This document shows positions 26,621 to 40,508 of a DNA stretch of 64,000 nt, piece by piece. Origin of the DNA: the human T2T-CHM13v2.0 reference genome, Homo sapiens. The translations under genes were made by a program, and so were the position numbers. Each line of letters starts with the position of its first letter. Position 1 is the stretch's first letter. The stretch lies in the NCBI RefSeq assembly GCF_009914755.1, contig NC_060926.1, one strand, 5' to 3'. The notes below the pieces were generated by a model. The model was not told where the DNA came from and did not search any database. It saw only the letters and a list, made by a program, of their open reading frames with translations.

Positions 26621-28594
26621 GATAATAGACTACTTATAAAATTAGACATATGGGTCAGAGGAAATAAAGACTTTGCTAATTGTCTGACATCTGTGTCCAC
26701 TTGTCTTCTGGTTATAACTATAAAATACTAAAGTGAAAGGTGAATTATGATTACAAACCTATCCTTCCAAGTTTACTGGGAATTAAGTATACTATTGTTC
26801 TAATCTAACTATACCACACCCTCGTCAATGTGGTCCCTTTTCATACTAATATATCACCCGGGTCTTTAACTCAGTAGTCTCAATTAGATCGTAAGCAAAT
26901 AAAGAATCTCTATCTCTCCACTTTACTCCTATATGACGGCTGGAAAAGTTTATTGGTTCTGAACCCAGATAGCTTCTTTGTAAGTCTTTTCTCTTTCTAA
27001 ACTACTGTAATTAATCATTTCCAGACTGACAATAATTCTACTGTCTTCATTTCACAGACAAACTCATATGGTTTTGCAACACTTCAGATAACTTATTACT
27101 AGGTTAGAAAGGAATGAAGATACCCTTTCAGGCTTCTCCAGTTTTGCTATGTGCTGTCAGGTCAACATTCTCAACACAACTAAACAGGGACAGATGGTGC
27201 CCATTCCCTCAGTGACAGAATGATCCAGCAATGTCAAAGGCATTTACATCCTTGAGAGAGAGATGCTTTATGACTAAAAGTTTCCCACCGTGTGTACTCC
27301 AGAATACAGAAATAAAACTCCAGTAACAATTCATGTCCAATTATGTTAAACTTTAATTACATAAATCATTAGAAATAGACTCAGTTACTTTGTTCTATTA
27401 TCAGTTCTCCAAGGAGTCTTTCTAGAAGGGCATTTGTGAGCTTGACTTGAAGGTGTCTGCACTAATGATTATGTGAAATTCAAAGTTGGATACATGTTCT
27501 AAAATGAAGGCTGTGTATTTTAAACCGCTATAGTAAAATTGAAAAAGGAAGATGTTATTCAGGAACATGGCCATTAATTTGGATAACATAAATTGAATCT
27601 TGTTTATTTAAACAATTTTCTTAACCTTTATTTGATATATTATAAAATTGAATTTTATCTTTTCTTATTCTGTAAACCTGGCCATAAATAACTTATATAT
27701 TTGATAATTAAAAGATTTTAATGATGAATAGACTGTAATTATACAGTCCCATCCTGTCCATTTCCTCCTCTACTTTTAAGGGCACCCAGTATTCATTCTT
27801 AAAACTATAACTTAAAATTCTTAAAGAATCTGTTGACCTGAATTATAGTTTTAATTCTGGCATTAACTATTTATGTAATCTTTGCTAATAGTTTTATTTT
27901 TCTGAATCTCAGATTCCTCATATACAAAGGACAAAAGTTATTTAGCTAAGATTTCTTCCATCTTTGAAATTCTATTGTATGATTTGTTCAGATGAAAATA
28001 GTAAATAAATAATGATATAAATATAAAATAAGATTTGGCAACATGTAAACATTTATTTCTGTCATTGAAGTTATATTATTTTTATCTAAAAGTATAAAGT
28101 TTTAAAACCTATAAAGTTTTTTTGTCTTTGCCTTAGTTGAATATGACCATATTCTTATCTTGAAAATACCAGACCTGGGAGTACATCTCCATATCTTCTA
28201 CACTATTTTTACCTCTGGATATTTCCATCACAGAGGTTATATCCTCTAAAAATCCTCCATTGTACTACAATTATATGTACTATAATACATATGCATTACA
28301 TGTATTAATTCAGTTACCCTTTTTTATTGATTTCACTATAACAAGTATGTTTAAACTATTAAGGAGTGAAGAGGAACAAAACAGTGGCTCATTAAACCGA
28401 CAGACTTCAAGGAAAGTTAGCCAAAAGTGAGCTGTTGCTTATTCAATAGCAGATCTATGTTCCACTGTGTTGGAATAAACCACTGCTTTGCTCCATTCCC
28501 TCCAAGTCCCTCTGCCACTAAACGTCTATCTTGTGGTCTGACAGCTCGAAAAGTCACAGATCTCTTTGTGATGGTATTAGATCATATTCACATT

Positions 28595-29780
28595 ATAAAA
28601 TCTGTCAACACTAAGTTTTCCTTGAAGTACTTCTTTACTTGCATCCCATAAGTTTTTGGATATTGTGTCCTTATTTACATTTACCTCAAAGTATTTTCTA
28701 ATTTTCTGATTTCCTCTTTGACCCACTGATTACTTAGTCCTATGCTGTTTAATTTGCACATATTTATATATATCTATAGATGAGCTTTGAGAGAATTCTC
28801 ATCTTAATAAAATTGAACTTTCCAATTTATTAAGATGATATAGCTCTCCATTTATTTAGGTCTTTGATTTCTTCCATCAATACTTTGTACTTTTCAACAT
28901 ACAGCTCTTACACATATTTTGTAAGATTTATATCAAAGTATTTCATATTTTGGAGCTATTGTAAATTATACTTTTAATGTTAATATCCAGTTGCTCATTG
29001 CTAGTATATAAACTTGTCATTGATTTGGGGCTATTTAACCTGTATCCTACAGCTTTGCTAAACCTACCTAGTCATTATAATAGCTTTTTAATAGATTCTT
29101 TGAGATTTTTTATGTTCACAATCATGTCATCTAAAAAAGGAGACTTTTATTTATTTCTTTCAATTCTGGGTGCCTTTTATTATTACTTTATTGTGCTGGC
29201 TAAGACATGTATTGGGATTTTGAATAGAAATTGTGAAAGTAGATATCTTTGCTTTGTTCTTAATTTTAGGGGGAAACAGTCATTTGGTATGAAATACAAT
29301 GTTATGTATATGTTTCTTTTTAGATATTCTTTATCAGGTTGATGGAGATATCTTTTATTTCTAATTTGTGAAAGGTTTTTATTATAAACAGATGGTATAT
29401 GTTTTTAGACTTTTTCACTATCTGTTGAGTTGATCATGTGGTTTTTCTCTTTGATATGTCAATATAGTAAATTTTATTGATTAACTTTTGAGTATTGAAC
29501 CAGTCTTGCATTTGGGGAATAACCTTTACTTGGTCATGATATATTATTCTTTTTTATATTGTTGAATTAAATTTGGTATTATTTTTAAAGATTTCTGTGT
29601 CTATGAGGAATGTTGATCTATACTTTTCTAGTAATGTCTTTTCCAGTTTTGATGTCAGGGCAATTTTAGCTTCACAGAATGAATTTCAATTTTCTGAAGT
29701 AATTTGCAAAGAATAGATATTAATAGATATTATCTCTTCCTTGAATTTTTGGTAGAATTTACCAGTGAAGCCATGATAGA
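28595..29780 (-). mobile_element. Old L1 (L1M) ORF2 fragments
   Basis: Antisense ORF2 sequence. The ORF at 29686-29925 contains 'HGFTGKFYQKFKEEII', matching the L1 ORF2p motif 'DGFTAEFYQTFKEEL'. Confidence 0.85.
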
Positions 29781-31004
29781 TAGAACTAGCTTTTGGGTCA
29801 TTGAAAAGTATGCTTGAGATGCTAGAGAGAAAAGAAAATGGCCTTGCTGCAAATTTCCATAATTTCATGCTTAAGATATTAATGACATGTGAGAGGAATG
29901 ACCTGAAAGACAAGCTTCTGTTCACATTTTATCTATTTTAAGTCAATGATTTTAGCTTCTAAATTTAATATGGAGAAAAAATTGCATCATCTTATAATTA
30001 AAAAGCAAAGAGGTATCTATCTCCTTAAAAATAAACCCACATCATAATATGACCTTTTTAAGAAAATGTCTTGCTGAAAACCACAGCAATAAAACAAACC
30101 ACCTAAGGCCTTTTGTAAATCTTACTGCAAGTAATAGCTTTAAGAGGGAAAGGTTGATTTGTTATTTTAAAACTCCTCAGAATCAAATATGTTCCTATTG
30201 TTCAGGAGGCCATAGTCTCTTGTTATCTATTCTGTAAAAATATTATCATACAAAATACCTGCCATAATGTAGATTAGGGAACATAACCATAATTTTATAT
30301 AGGAGAATTTACAATTGAACTGTAACAATAGAAGAAATATTACAATCATACTTGTAAAACACATGCAAATTAATTATTTTGAATACAAAACAAATAGAGT
30401 CTCTTTTGTCTCAGGACAGAATAGAATCTGCAGCGTCTTTTTTGCCGAATCCTAAATTGAAGCAAATATTTTTTGTCTGACTCTTCTCCAGGTGGTTGGG
30501 AATAGATACCACATAATTGAGGCATTGGATGGAGAGGAGTACCCCAAATACTCTCTATGTGGAATAATTCAGTTACTTCTCTCTCAAAATAAACGTATAT
30601 CACATTGAAAATAAATAGCCCCTTTGCTTCACAGTCCTGAAGCTCCATACTATACGAGGACCTCAGGCTAAGTTTGGGGAATAATACAGTAACTAGAGCA
30701 GACAATTGCTAATTTCATGGTGGGATAATCATACTTCTAACATTTGGGCTAGTGGACTTCTAGGGAAGATGCACATTTATAACCTTGAGGCCAGTGAAGC
30801 CCATAGAAAAAATTATAAAATAGATGAATACATAAATAATATGAATAATTATAAAATAGATTGAACCATAGGAGAAAAAAATAGAGTTCTTTCGTCTGAG
30901 TCTGGGTGAGGCTATGACAAAGAGGGACTTGATGTTTTGTGACTTCAAAAACTTGGTCATAAAAAAGTCAACATTTTCCCTCATCTTTTTTCTCTTGGGA
31001 TGCA

Positions 31005-31350
31005 TACTTTAAGAACCCTGAGGTATCATGAAGAAATCCATATGCCCTGAAGTTACCATCCTAGAGACATCATTTGGAGAGACTACAGTGCACAGAAGTA
31101 GAGAGGCCCAGCTGTGCCTGTCCCCAACTGATGGAGTCTTCTCAGTGTCAGTCACCAGACATGTGAGTGAATGAGCCTTCAGATGATTATAGCCCCTCAT
31201 ACTTCAAACCAGAGGAAGTCAGACATAGTGAAGCAGAGGCAAGTAGTCCTTGCAGTTCCTAGCCCTCAATAATTAATAAGCATAAGTCACTGTTCTACAC
31301 CACTGTGGTTTTGGAGCAACTTGTGACATAGCAATGGACAGTTAAAATAG
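31005..31350 (+). mobile_element. MLT1 (G/H-like) MaLR LTR fragment
   Basis: 'caccagacatgtgagtgaatgagccttcagatgatt...ttttggagcaacttgtgacatagcaat'. Confidence 0.7.
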
Positions 31351-32077
31351 AGAGTCATCTGACCTGAGGACAGCCAAAGATAGAAAAAGGAGGTAATTTA
31401 CTATAGTGACTTTTTTCTGATAGAAACAATTAGATTTTTCTTTTTCTGAAATTTTGACTGGAATTCTAGAGAGAGAGAGAAAATCAGTTGTCAATGGGAA
31501 AAGGAGCAAAAAGATATTGATGGAGAAAAGTCAGTGGCAGAAGCTGTGAAGTATAACCTCCTAATAAATGAGTGTGTATAATACCCAGAGCAGAGGATGA
31601 GCTGGTTAGTTGGTAGTGACAAAAGACAGAGAAAAGTTAAATGACTATAATAATAGAAATAAATGGCTAAAATAATGGTTCTGGAGGTAGACTCCTATGT
31701 TCAAATCTTGACTCTGTGTATTGGGAAGTCACTTAAATTTTCTGTGCTTAATTTTCCTCCTCCTATGTACAAAGCATTTAGAATAATGCCTAGAACGTAG
31801 TATATGTTTAATATTATTATGGATATTGACACAACCCTTCTGCTGTGGCTGCAGTAAGTTAATTGAATAGAAAGATCCATCCTGTAAAACCGGTGACCTT
31901 CAAGTTCCTCATTTTTTTAGACTCTTGGGTCCTCATGAACCCCAGATGTCTGTGATTCATGATTTCTCTATTTTAAAATCTAGTTTTACTTTAAAGTACT
32001 ATTATTTAAAAGTTATTTTTAATTTTCACCAAAGGTGTTATTCCTAAGAGCAAGGCTCACAGGGTGTTTACAGTAAA

Positions 32078-32081
32078 GTGT

Positions 32082-32117
<36 letters not shown>
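32078..32117 (+). repeat. (GT)n microsatellite
   Basis: Read directly from the sequence. Confidence 0.95.
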
Positions 32118-32118
<1 letters not shown>

Positions 32119-33021
32119 GGCTAGATAGATGAATAGATAAGTAGAAAGATCTCCCTGTCTATATGCTTCAGGTTTCATTTTTCTCTTTTACAAAGCTCTG
32201 TGCACTTGAAATAATTGACAATTGCTTTTAAAATATATATATTGTTTGATGTCTCCCTGATTGATGAACTGTAAGTTCCATACGGGCAGTGGCTGTCTTT
32301 TGTTCACTGCTGCATTACCAGAAGCTAGCTGCAAGGAAAAGCTCTCAGGCAGGATTCATTTAACCTGCTAGGCATGGGAATGCCTGAGACCTTTGATTCA
32401 CTGAGTCTCACAGTAAATGCTTCAGGAATATAAAGGAGTGTTTTGTGTTGGTTATTTGACCTGGTGAGCAAGCAGGCATAGAGCCAGTCTTTCTAGGAGC
32501 AGTCCTGGGGGCAGAGATTTTATTTAAAAACTTGAGAATAGCAAAAGTAATCATTTCTAAGATCTGACAGACTCCTGAGTGGTATCTGTCATTATTTGGG
32601 TGTCTGAAGGTTATTGCTCCGCCACAAGCCTCCTACTATGTCCCCAGCTCTGGGGGCTATTTGCTCACAGGTGAGTTCTTGTATTCTTCACCTGTACCAT
32701 TTTGCTCTTGGCATCTTTTCTTCGGTTCCTATCACCCTGTGACAACATCCACTAGCATAGATGTGGATCCCTAAAACACATTCAATACATATTTGTGAAC
32801 TGACCAACTGCCAAGAAATTTCTTTACAACAAAACCACTGAGTTCTATAGAGAGTGTAGCTGAGGTTGAGTAAGCCTATCTTTCTATTCCTTTTTCCCTT
32901 GTCCATTTTCATGTGGTTGCAAAAATTCCTCATAGAAGGATGTATCCTTTGGATTTATCCAAGTGATTTGTTTTTTGGGGGGCAGAATAATATCCCATTG
33001 AGCTTATTAAAGAAAACTGCT

Positions 33022-33313
33022 GGCCGAGCATAGTGGCTCACACCTGTAATCCCAGCACTTTGGGAGGCCGAGGCGGGTGGATCACGAGGTCAGGAGATAG
33101 AGACCATCCTGGCCAACATAGTGAAACCCCGTGTCTACTAAAAATACAAAAAATTAGCCAGGCATGGTGGCAGGCACCTGTAGTCCCAGCTACTCGGGAG
33201 GCTGAGTCAGGAGAATGGCATGAACCCACAAGGCAGAGCTTGCGGTGAGCCAAGATCACGCCACTGCTATCCAGCCTGGGTGACAGAGCAAGACTCTGTC
33301 TCAAAAAATAGAA
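33022..33313 (+). mobile_element. Alu (AluY/AluSc8-like)
   Basis: Full-length dimer with TSD aaagaaaactgct (33009-33021 and 33314-33326) and 'gagaatggcatgaacc...gagcttgc'. Confidence 0.95.
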
Positions 33314-33461
33314 AAAGAAAACTGCTAAGCACATTTACAAACAAAACACCAGAATTAACATGTCACCAGCAAATTTACTCTTGGAGGTCAGCTCAGCAGG
33401 TTCAGTAAAGTGCTCTCTGTCAACTTCCAGGCTTGTCAATGGAAACAGAGCTCCAGTCTAG

Positions 33462-33848
33462 TGATAAAATTTGGCTCTGTGTCCCCATCCAAATATCATT
33501 TTGAATTGTAATCCCCTTGTGTCAGGGGAAGGGTCTGATGAGAGGGGATTGAATCATGGGGGAAGACTTCCCCCTTGCTGTTCTTGTGATAATGAGTGAG
33601 TTCTCAGGAGATCTGGTTGTTTGAAAGTGTGTAGCACTTCTCCCTTCATGTCTCTCGCCCTCCTGCTCTGCCATGGTAAGATGTGCTTGCTTCTCCTTTG
33701 CCTTCTGCCATGATTGTAAGGTTCCTGAGTCCTCCCACCCATGCTTCCTGTACAGCCTGCAAAACTGTGAGTCAATTAAACCTCTTTTCTTCAAAAATTA
33801 CCCAGTCTCAGGTAGTTCTTTATAGCAGTGTTAAAATGGACTAATACA
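33462..33848 (+). mobile_element. THE1D/MSTA-type MaLR solo LTR
   Basis: TG...CA termini ('tgataaaatttggctctgtgtcccc' ... 'ggactaataca') with a perfect 5-bp TSD, tctag. Confidence 0.93.
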
Positions 33849-35689
33849 TCTAGTTACCTCTACTACCCAGGCCTTACTCATGAATAGAAGAAGGCAAAAA
33901 TCATACTTCTTAGCATTTTATTACCACAAACTCTGTACACTTATGTTGTGTTGAATGGGAGATGCTACAGAATGAGAAGTCAAATGCAAACCTGGCCTTT
34001 ATGGCAGGAAAATCCCCTAGGGTAGGAATTCTGGATCATCTCACCAGGAGAAGCAGCCAGAGAAAAGGAGAAGCAGTGTGTGCTGTGACTTTAGGCAAGT
34101 ATCTTGGCTCCTCTGGACCTCAGTTTCATCTTCTGTTGAGAAAATGGTTGTTAAGTAGTACCTTATTTTAGACTTATTATGAAAATTTTCAAACACACAG
34201 AGAAGTAGAAAAAGGGTGCAATGGACATCCATATACACACCATCTGTGTTCCACAATTGCTAGCATTTTGCCATATTTGCTTCACTAATGCATGCATATC
34301 TATCTAAAATGTGCCAAGCCATTTTAAAGTGAATTTTAACTGTCAGGGCATTTCATCGTAAATACTTCAGCTTGTATATTCAGAAATTGAGGACATTTTT
34401 CCACATAACCATAGGGACATTCACAGGATGATTCTGGAGTCCTCCTATCTCTGGGTGTCTTAGACATCATTTTTATCAGACATATGTGAGGAGATAAATA
34501 GGAGCAGAGACAGATATACCATGAAGCATATGCAACTTTAACTTCAAGACTTCTCACTTATTGACAAGGAAAACGATCTTAGCCATAACTGGCTAAGACC
34601 ATTATCTCTTTTCAGTCTGGCTTCTCCTCCCTTACACCCCAACCTCCTATATACACACATCCCCATATCAGGCAACATAGGAAGGGCTTTGAACATTTTT
34701 GGGATTCCATATAAAGAGAGATTGGATAAATAATTTTTTTTGCCATCACTGCTGTGCATAGTGAGATTATGGTTAGCTCTTCAGAGGTACAAATGACTTC
34801 TAAGAATACTCTTACTATCCATGGCTAGAAGTCTTAAAACACCATCCTGCAGTGCCTGGTATCAGAAATGTGAGGAATGGAAGAAACACATAGATGGACA
34901 TGAATGGAACTGCAGTGAATCTGGGAAAAGACATCCAGTCAGTAGATATGTAAATTAGAAAGGTGACGGTTTTGTTGTCATGCATGCCTAATGAAAATGC
35001 AAGTTCTTTCCTGTCAGGAATATACTGGTTAACATAATGCATACAGTTAAATATGCACTATACATACTATTCGAGGAATTGCACAAAATATAGTTTATCA
35101 TAATAATCAGAAAACCTGTTGTTGTACTACACTGAATGCCTCTGAATGAGATGCTGCATGTTTTATACATCTAAACACGTTCTAGAGAATCTCACTCATT
35201 TTTACCTAAGGAAGTTTGGCAGCTTCAGAGAAAGTATGCAACATTTTCAGTGGCACTGTGAAATGTAAACATAATATGTTAATGAAGTAAATATGGCAAA
35301 ATGTTAACAATTGTTGAATCCAGGCAGTGGGCACATGGATGCATACTGTGCTATTGTTCCATATTTGAAAGTTTTCATCATGAAAAGTTAAAAACACCAC
35401 CCTGTAAAATCCATTTACTTTGTAGGAGAGGAAATGAGCACATACATCAATAAGTTGATATATATGGTAAAAAAGGAATTTGATTATACAGTCATACTGG
35501 CTCATACTACAGGGTGGCATTTCAAGAAAGCATTTGGTTTGCTATAGTGTATAACTTAATTTCCTCTTAATTTTGTATGTTTTTTATGATTGTTCATCAG
35601 CTCAACATTCAAATATGACTGAAATGAAGTATGTTGATGGAATCCAAAAAAACAAAGTAAAAGACAGAAGACTGGCAGAAGCTTCAAAA

Positions 35690-36120
35690 TGCCAAAAACT
35701 CACTTAGCATATTGTAATGAAATTTAGAAGCTCAGATGTCAAAATCAATTAAAAATTTTCTATGTTATCAACTAAAAAATAACCTTTTAGTCATACAAAA
35801 GCAAAGACTAAATCTACATTCTCTATAACATTGTAAAATCATTATCATATGGAGAAGCAATCAAAGAGTATGCAGCCAAAAAAAACTGGGGAAAATAAAG
35901 TTGTGTCAGGTGGTTAATTATTGAAATACATTTTCTTGAATTTTTGATATCTATGCTATTTTCTAACTTTTCAATTATGTAGCTTGCTGCATTTTTAACC
36001 TTTCAATTATGTAGCTTGTAGCGTTTTTCTCATTTAAATTAATATTTACCTTTGTAGTTTTGAATTTATAGTTTTGTAATCTTAAAGAGGGCTGAAAAAT
36101 TTTATACACTCAAGTTGCCA
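35690..36120 (+). mobile_element. hAT-Tip100 DNA transposon fragment (Zaphod/MER115-like)
   Basis: 'atcaaagagtatgcagccaaaaaa...gtgtcaggtggttaatta...cttaaagaggg' matches the recalled Zaphod/MER115 3' end. Confidence 0.55.
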
Positions 36121-36806
36121 AGATTGATCACTGGTTATCATCACTCTAGATTTCATACAAAATGCAAATAGAAAAATTCTGTTTTCTACTCTTCTCAAGC
36201 TTATTTTTTTCTAGTGGCAAATGTATAATATTAAAGCTAATATAATATTAGAAATTCAAATATTTTAATATTTTAGTGAGGAAACTAAAGCTCAAAAAAC
36301 TGACAACATTTTCCAAGTCAGATCAGTTGGCAGCAACACACAATAATCATGGTTCAGGGCTCCTGGTTCCTATCCCCCGTTCTTTTCATCATATTATGTG
36401 GTCACTCTTTAGTTAAAGAAATGTGTTATAAAAGAGAATGCTCAAAATATGGCATTGATGAGATGACTCTGTGAAGTTCTTACTATTAATTTACTCAACC
36501 ACTAACTTAACCATCAACCATTCAGTGAGCACTGGGCATTCACAGGTGGCTCCTGACCACATAGCCCCTGACCTTAAGCAGCTCAAAGGAGCAGACTAAT
36601 ATAGACTAGTAGACTAATATAGAAAAATGTTGTAAGATGCATAGTAATTGTACACCTTGGAAATCCACCAGGGAAAGAATGTGAATCTTCTGATCCATAA
36701 TATGATTTGTGCCCCTACATATTCCTTGGGGATATGTAGGAGGGCTGGTTCTGGCTCCATCTGCCACCACAGAAATAATCTCTCTATCGTATCTCACTGT
36801 CCTTCC

Positions 36807-36958
36807 CACCACACACACAGTCTATTTTTACTCTCATTCTTACTGTAATTCACCACACACACACTCTATTCTTACTCTAATTCTTACTGTAATTCACCAC
36901 ACACACACAGTCTATTCTTACTCTAATTCAGCACACACACACTCTATTGTTACTCTAA
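36807..36958 (+). repeat. Degenerate minisatellite (~30-46-bp units: CA-run + ctattcttactctaattc)
   Basis: About four imperfect copies of 'ccacacacac(ag)tctattcttactctaattc(ttactgtaattca)'. Confidence 0.8.
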
Positions 36959-36965
36959 GTGAAGA

Positions 36966-37395
36966 GTATTAGAAATAACTTTACTTCTCAATCCTCCACT
37001 ACACACACACACACACACACGCACAGAGACAGAGAGAGAGAGAGATTTATTAAATTGGATCACGCAATTCTGGAGTCTGAAGACTGATAACCAGGAGGGC
37101 CAATAGAGTACGTTCCAGTCCAAGTCCAACAAGTCCAAAGGCAGGAGAAGACCTGTGTCTCAACTCAAAGACCATCATGCAGAGAGAGTGGATTCTCTCT
37201 TTCTCAGTCTTTTGGTCTATTAATGCCTTCAAGATATTGGATGAGACCTACATTGGAAGAAAATATGCTTTACTCTGTCTATTAATTCAAATAGTAATCT
37301 CACCCAGAAACATTCTCATAGACACACTTAAATAATACTTAAATAACTGGGTACCTGTGGCTCGGTCAAATTTACACGTGAAATTAACCATTACA
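36966..37395 (-). mobile_element. MLT2 (ERVL) solo LTR with (CA)n(GA)n tract
   Basis: Ends 'ggtcaaatttacacgtgaaattaaccattaca', the reverse MLT2 5' end. Confidence 0.85.
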
Positions 37396-37436
37396 TCCAT
37401 CTTTCTTCTCTTCTTCTTGACCTCTTTCTTCATTGC

Positions 37437-37890
37437 TACCTTAGATTAGGGCTCTCCAGAAGCAGACTCTCAGATGAGAATTTGTGGAAAAGTAGGTTAC
37501 TAAGAAATATTCCCAGGGAAAAAAAGAAAAGGAACAGACAGTGGGACTGGGAAGGAGAGAAGGCCAAGCCAGGGTGGATTAAGCCAAGTTCTAGTGAGAT
37601 GAAGAAGCTCTGGAGGCATGCAGGCCATACCTCAGAGATCACCCTGGCAGGTGCTGGGTAAATGGGATATTTACACCCACACAAGTCCCATTAATGGTAA
37701 GGATGTAAGTTTTCAGCTACTCGCTGTTCTCTGTTCACAACAATCATAGGCTCTGGCAGCCAGAGAGTAGCCCTCTGAGGAGGTATCACAGGTATGGCTT
37801 TTGAAAATGGAAGCACCATATCCAGGCAGATCAAAAGAGATCTGAGAGAATTGGGAGGAACACAGGCAGCATGTGCTGCAGTCGTCATCC
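37437..37890 (-). mobile_element. Old ERVL-family LTR (subfamily uncertain)
   Basis: 'ttagggctctccagaagcagactctcagatgagaattt...gggaaggagagaaggccaag' resembles the reverse 3' ends of old ERVL LTRs. Confidence 0.5.
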
Positions 37891-38174
37891 TCTTAGTAAT
37901 AGCCACAATAATCTCAATGTCATCAAAGACTCTGCACGAGACCCTGGACTCCATATTTTCCATATATGATATTAGCAGTCAATCATCACATCAGATTTAT
38001 TATAATTAATACAATCTCCATTCTACAGAGGTGAGGAATGGGGCTCAAAGGAAGATAAGTGACCACAGGAACAGCCAGTGCTGATACAGTCTTTCCCACC
38101 CCCAGATGCTGCCAATTCCTTGTCCCATGTCACTGCCCAAAATTATCTGCTGAAAATACCATGTACTTGCCATG

Positions 38175-38536
38175 TGTATTAGTCTGTTCTCATGCTGCTA
38201 ATAAAGACATACCTGAGACTGGGTAATTTATAAAGGGAAGAAGTTTAATGGACTCATAGTTCCACATGGCTGGGAAGGCCTCACAATCATAGCAGAAGAG
38301 GAAGGGAGAGCAAAGAAACGTCTTACATGGTGGCAGCCAACAGGGCTTATGCAGGAGAAGTCCCCTTAATAAAATCATCAAATCTCATGAGACTTATTCA
38401 CTATCATGAGAACAGTACAGGAAAAACCCACCCACCCATGATTCAATTACTTCCCACCGGCTCCCTTCCGTGACAAGAGGGAATTATTGCAATTCAAGGT
38501 GAGATTTGGGTGGAGACACAGAGCTAAACCATATCA
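38175..38536 (-). mobile_element. THE1 (B/C-like) MaLR solo LTR
   Basis: 'tgtattagtctgttctcatgctgctaataaagacatacctgagactggg' ... 'aaaccatatca', TSD ccatg/tcatg. Confidence 0.93.
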
Positions 38537-40153
38537 TCATGTAAGATAATTGGATAGAATGCCAACATGTCCATATGTGGTAGAGAAAATGTTTCATTAC
38601 TTATAGTTGTGCTCACATATATTTTGTTAAGTGCCTAGGACATAACCCTGCATTCATTCAGAACCCTCCTGATATTGATGAAAAGTAATGCAGGTCTAAG
38701 CTGGCAAACAAAAACATCTGCAATTGCTCTAAAAGTTTATTTTTTAAAGCTACTTAAAAGATGCAATAGTTGGCTGTCATGGAACTTTTTACACCCAATT
38801 TTACACTCTGGGTTTCAGAAATTTGCTGAATATAAAACAAGTCTTTAGACTACCGAGTGTAGTGCTATTTTTTTAGTAGCAAGAAACAGTATTTCCAGAT
38901 TTAGCCATTCACTACTAAGTGTAAAGAACAAGTGGTGGAAAATTCTGTGTGTAAGCTATAAGTGCTAAGAATGTCCCACGGTGGGGAGTCATATAGCTTC
39001 ACCTCCTAAAGGCTCTCAAAGAGACAGCTGCATGTTTTTTAAACAAAATAAATGGATTTGTATACTCCACTACTCCAGAGTTAGCAATTACTTTGAGTTC
39101 TTCATTAAAAATGCATATAAGTGAAGACATAATTAGGAAGATTTAGAAATCTTTGTGTTTTCTGTAGTTATTTAATGTTTTGCAAAAGGAATACTGTCAA
39201 AAAAATTTACCGTTTCTCAATGTTAATTTTGAAAGTGGCTTAGTAAGGGATAGTTGAACCAAACCACGGCATTGTTTTAGGGTGGATATCAGGTTGTTTT
39301 TCTTGGTGAGTGATTTCCTCGCCTATCATAAATTAGTATTTTCAGCTTCTGAGATTTCTCAAAGAATTGGACAACAGAATATTTATTTAAAGTGATATCT
39401 TTCAAATTAGAGCTTTCTAATTATGTGGGGGAAACCAGAAATTTGATAAATGTGCACAATTGTACAATACTGAATATTTTTAAAAGATAGTCAGAATTCT
39501 TTCTTATTAATTTTCACCTTGCATTTTAACACATTTGGCTTCTTTTATTGTGGTGTCTAGCATTATCTTCCATAGAGAAATGCACTTCCAGGAATGCTTC
39601 AGCCTGTGTGGGTACATTTAAAGTTACCTGATAATGATGATGAGATGAATTCATGCAGTAATTAGAAGAAAGATAGCTTGAGGCACCTAAATTATGTGGC
39701 TCCAACTGGCCTTCTTTTGGAAAACAGCTAAAAAAGGTTATCATCTTCATTTTGTGAATGTTTTTCATTTAAAAGGAAAACAATGCTCATAAAAGTTTTA
39801 ATATTATAGACTAGAAGAAGAGCAAACTATTTAAATACAAGTTCCTTTAATTTTCAGGTATATTTATTTTGGTTTCCTTCTGGACACTGGTGAATGATGG
39901 TTATTGTTTTCACACAATGGTATCATATGTATGTGACTTCTGACCCTGGAGACAAACCCTCCCCACACACACACACACTAACAAGGGACCCACACAGTTT
40001 TTTTCTCCAATCCCAAGGAATCTCTCCTACCCCTCTTAGTCTTCTCAGAGCCATCTACCTCTTTCCTCCCCTCCCCATCACCCAGCAGAATCTTTAGGGA
40101 GAGAAGGAAAGGGTTTCAAGTATCTCTAAGCAAGGAATTTAGAAATCTGCTTA

Positions 40154-40458
<305 letters not shown>

Positions 40459-40508
40459 AGAAATCTGCTTAGCAGCTGAAAATCTGAGGGCAGAAGAAAG
40501 GAAAAATA

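Noticed and set aside
34160-35395. Long inverted repeat (34160-34290 versus 35270-35395) as transposon TIRs
   Set aside because: Both look like independent, highly diverged L1M 3'-end fragments in opposite orientation.
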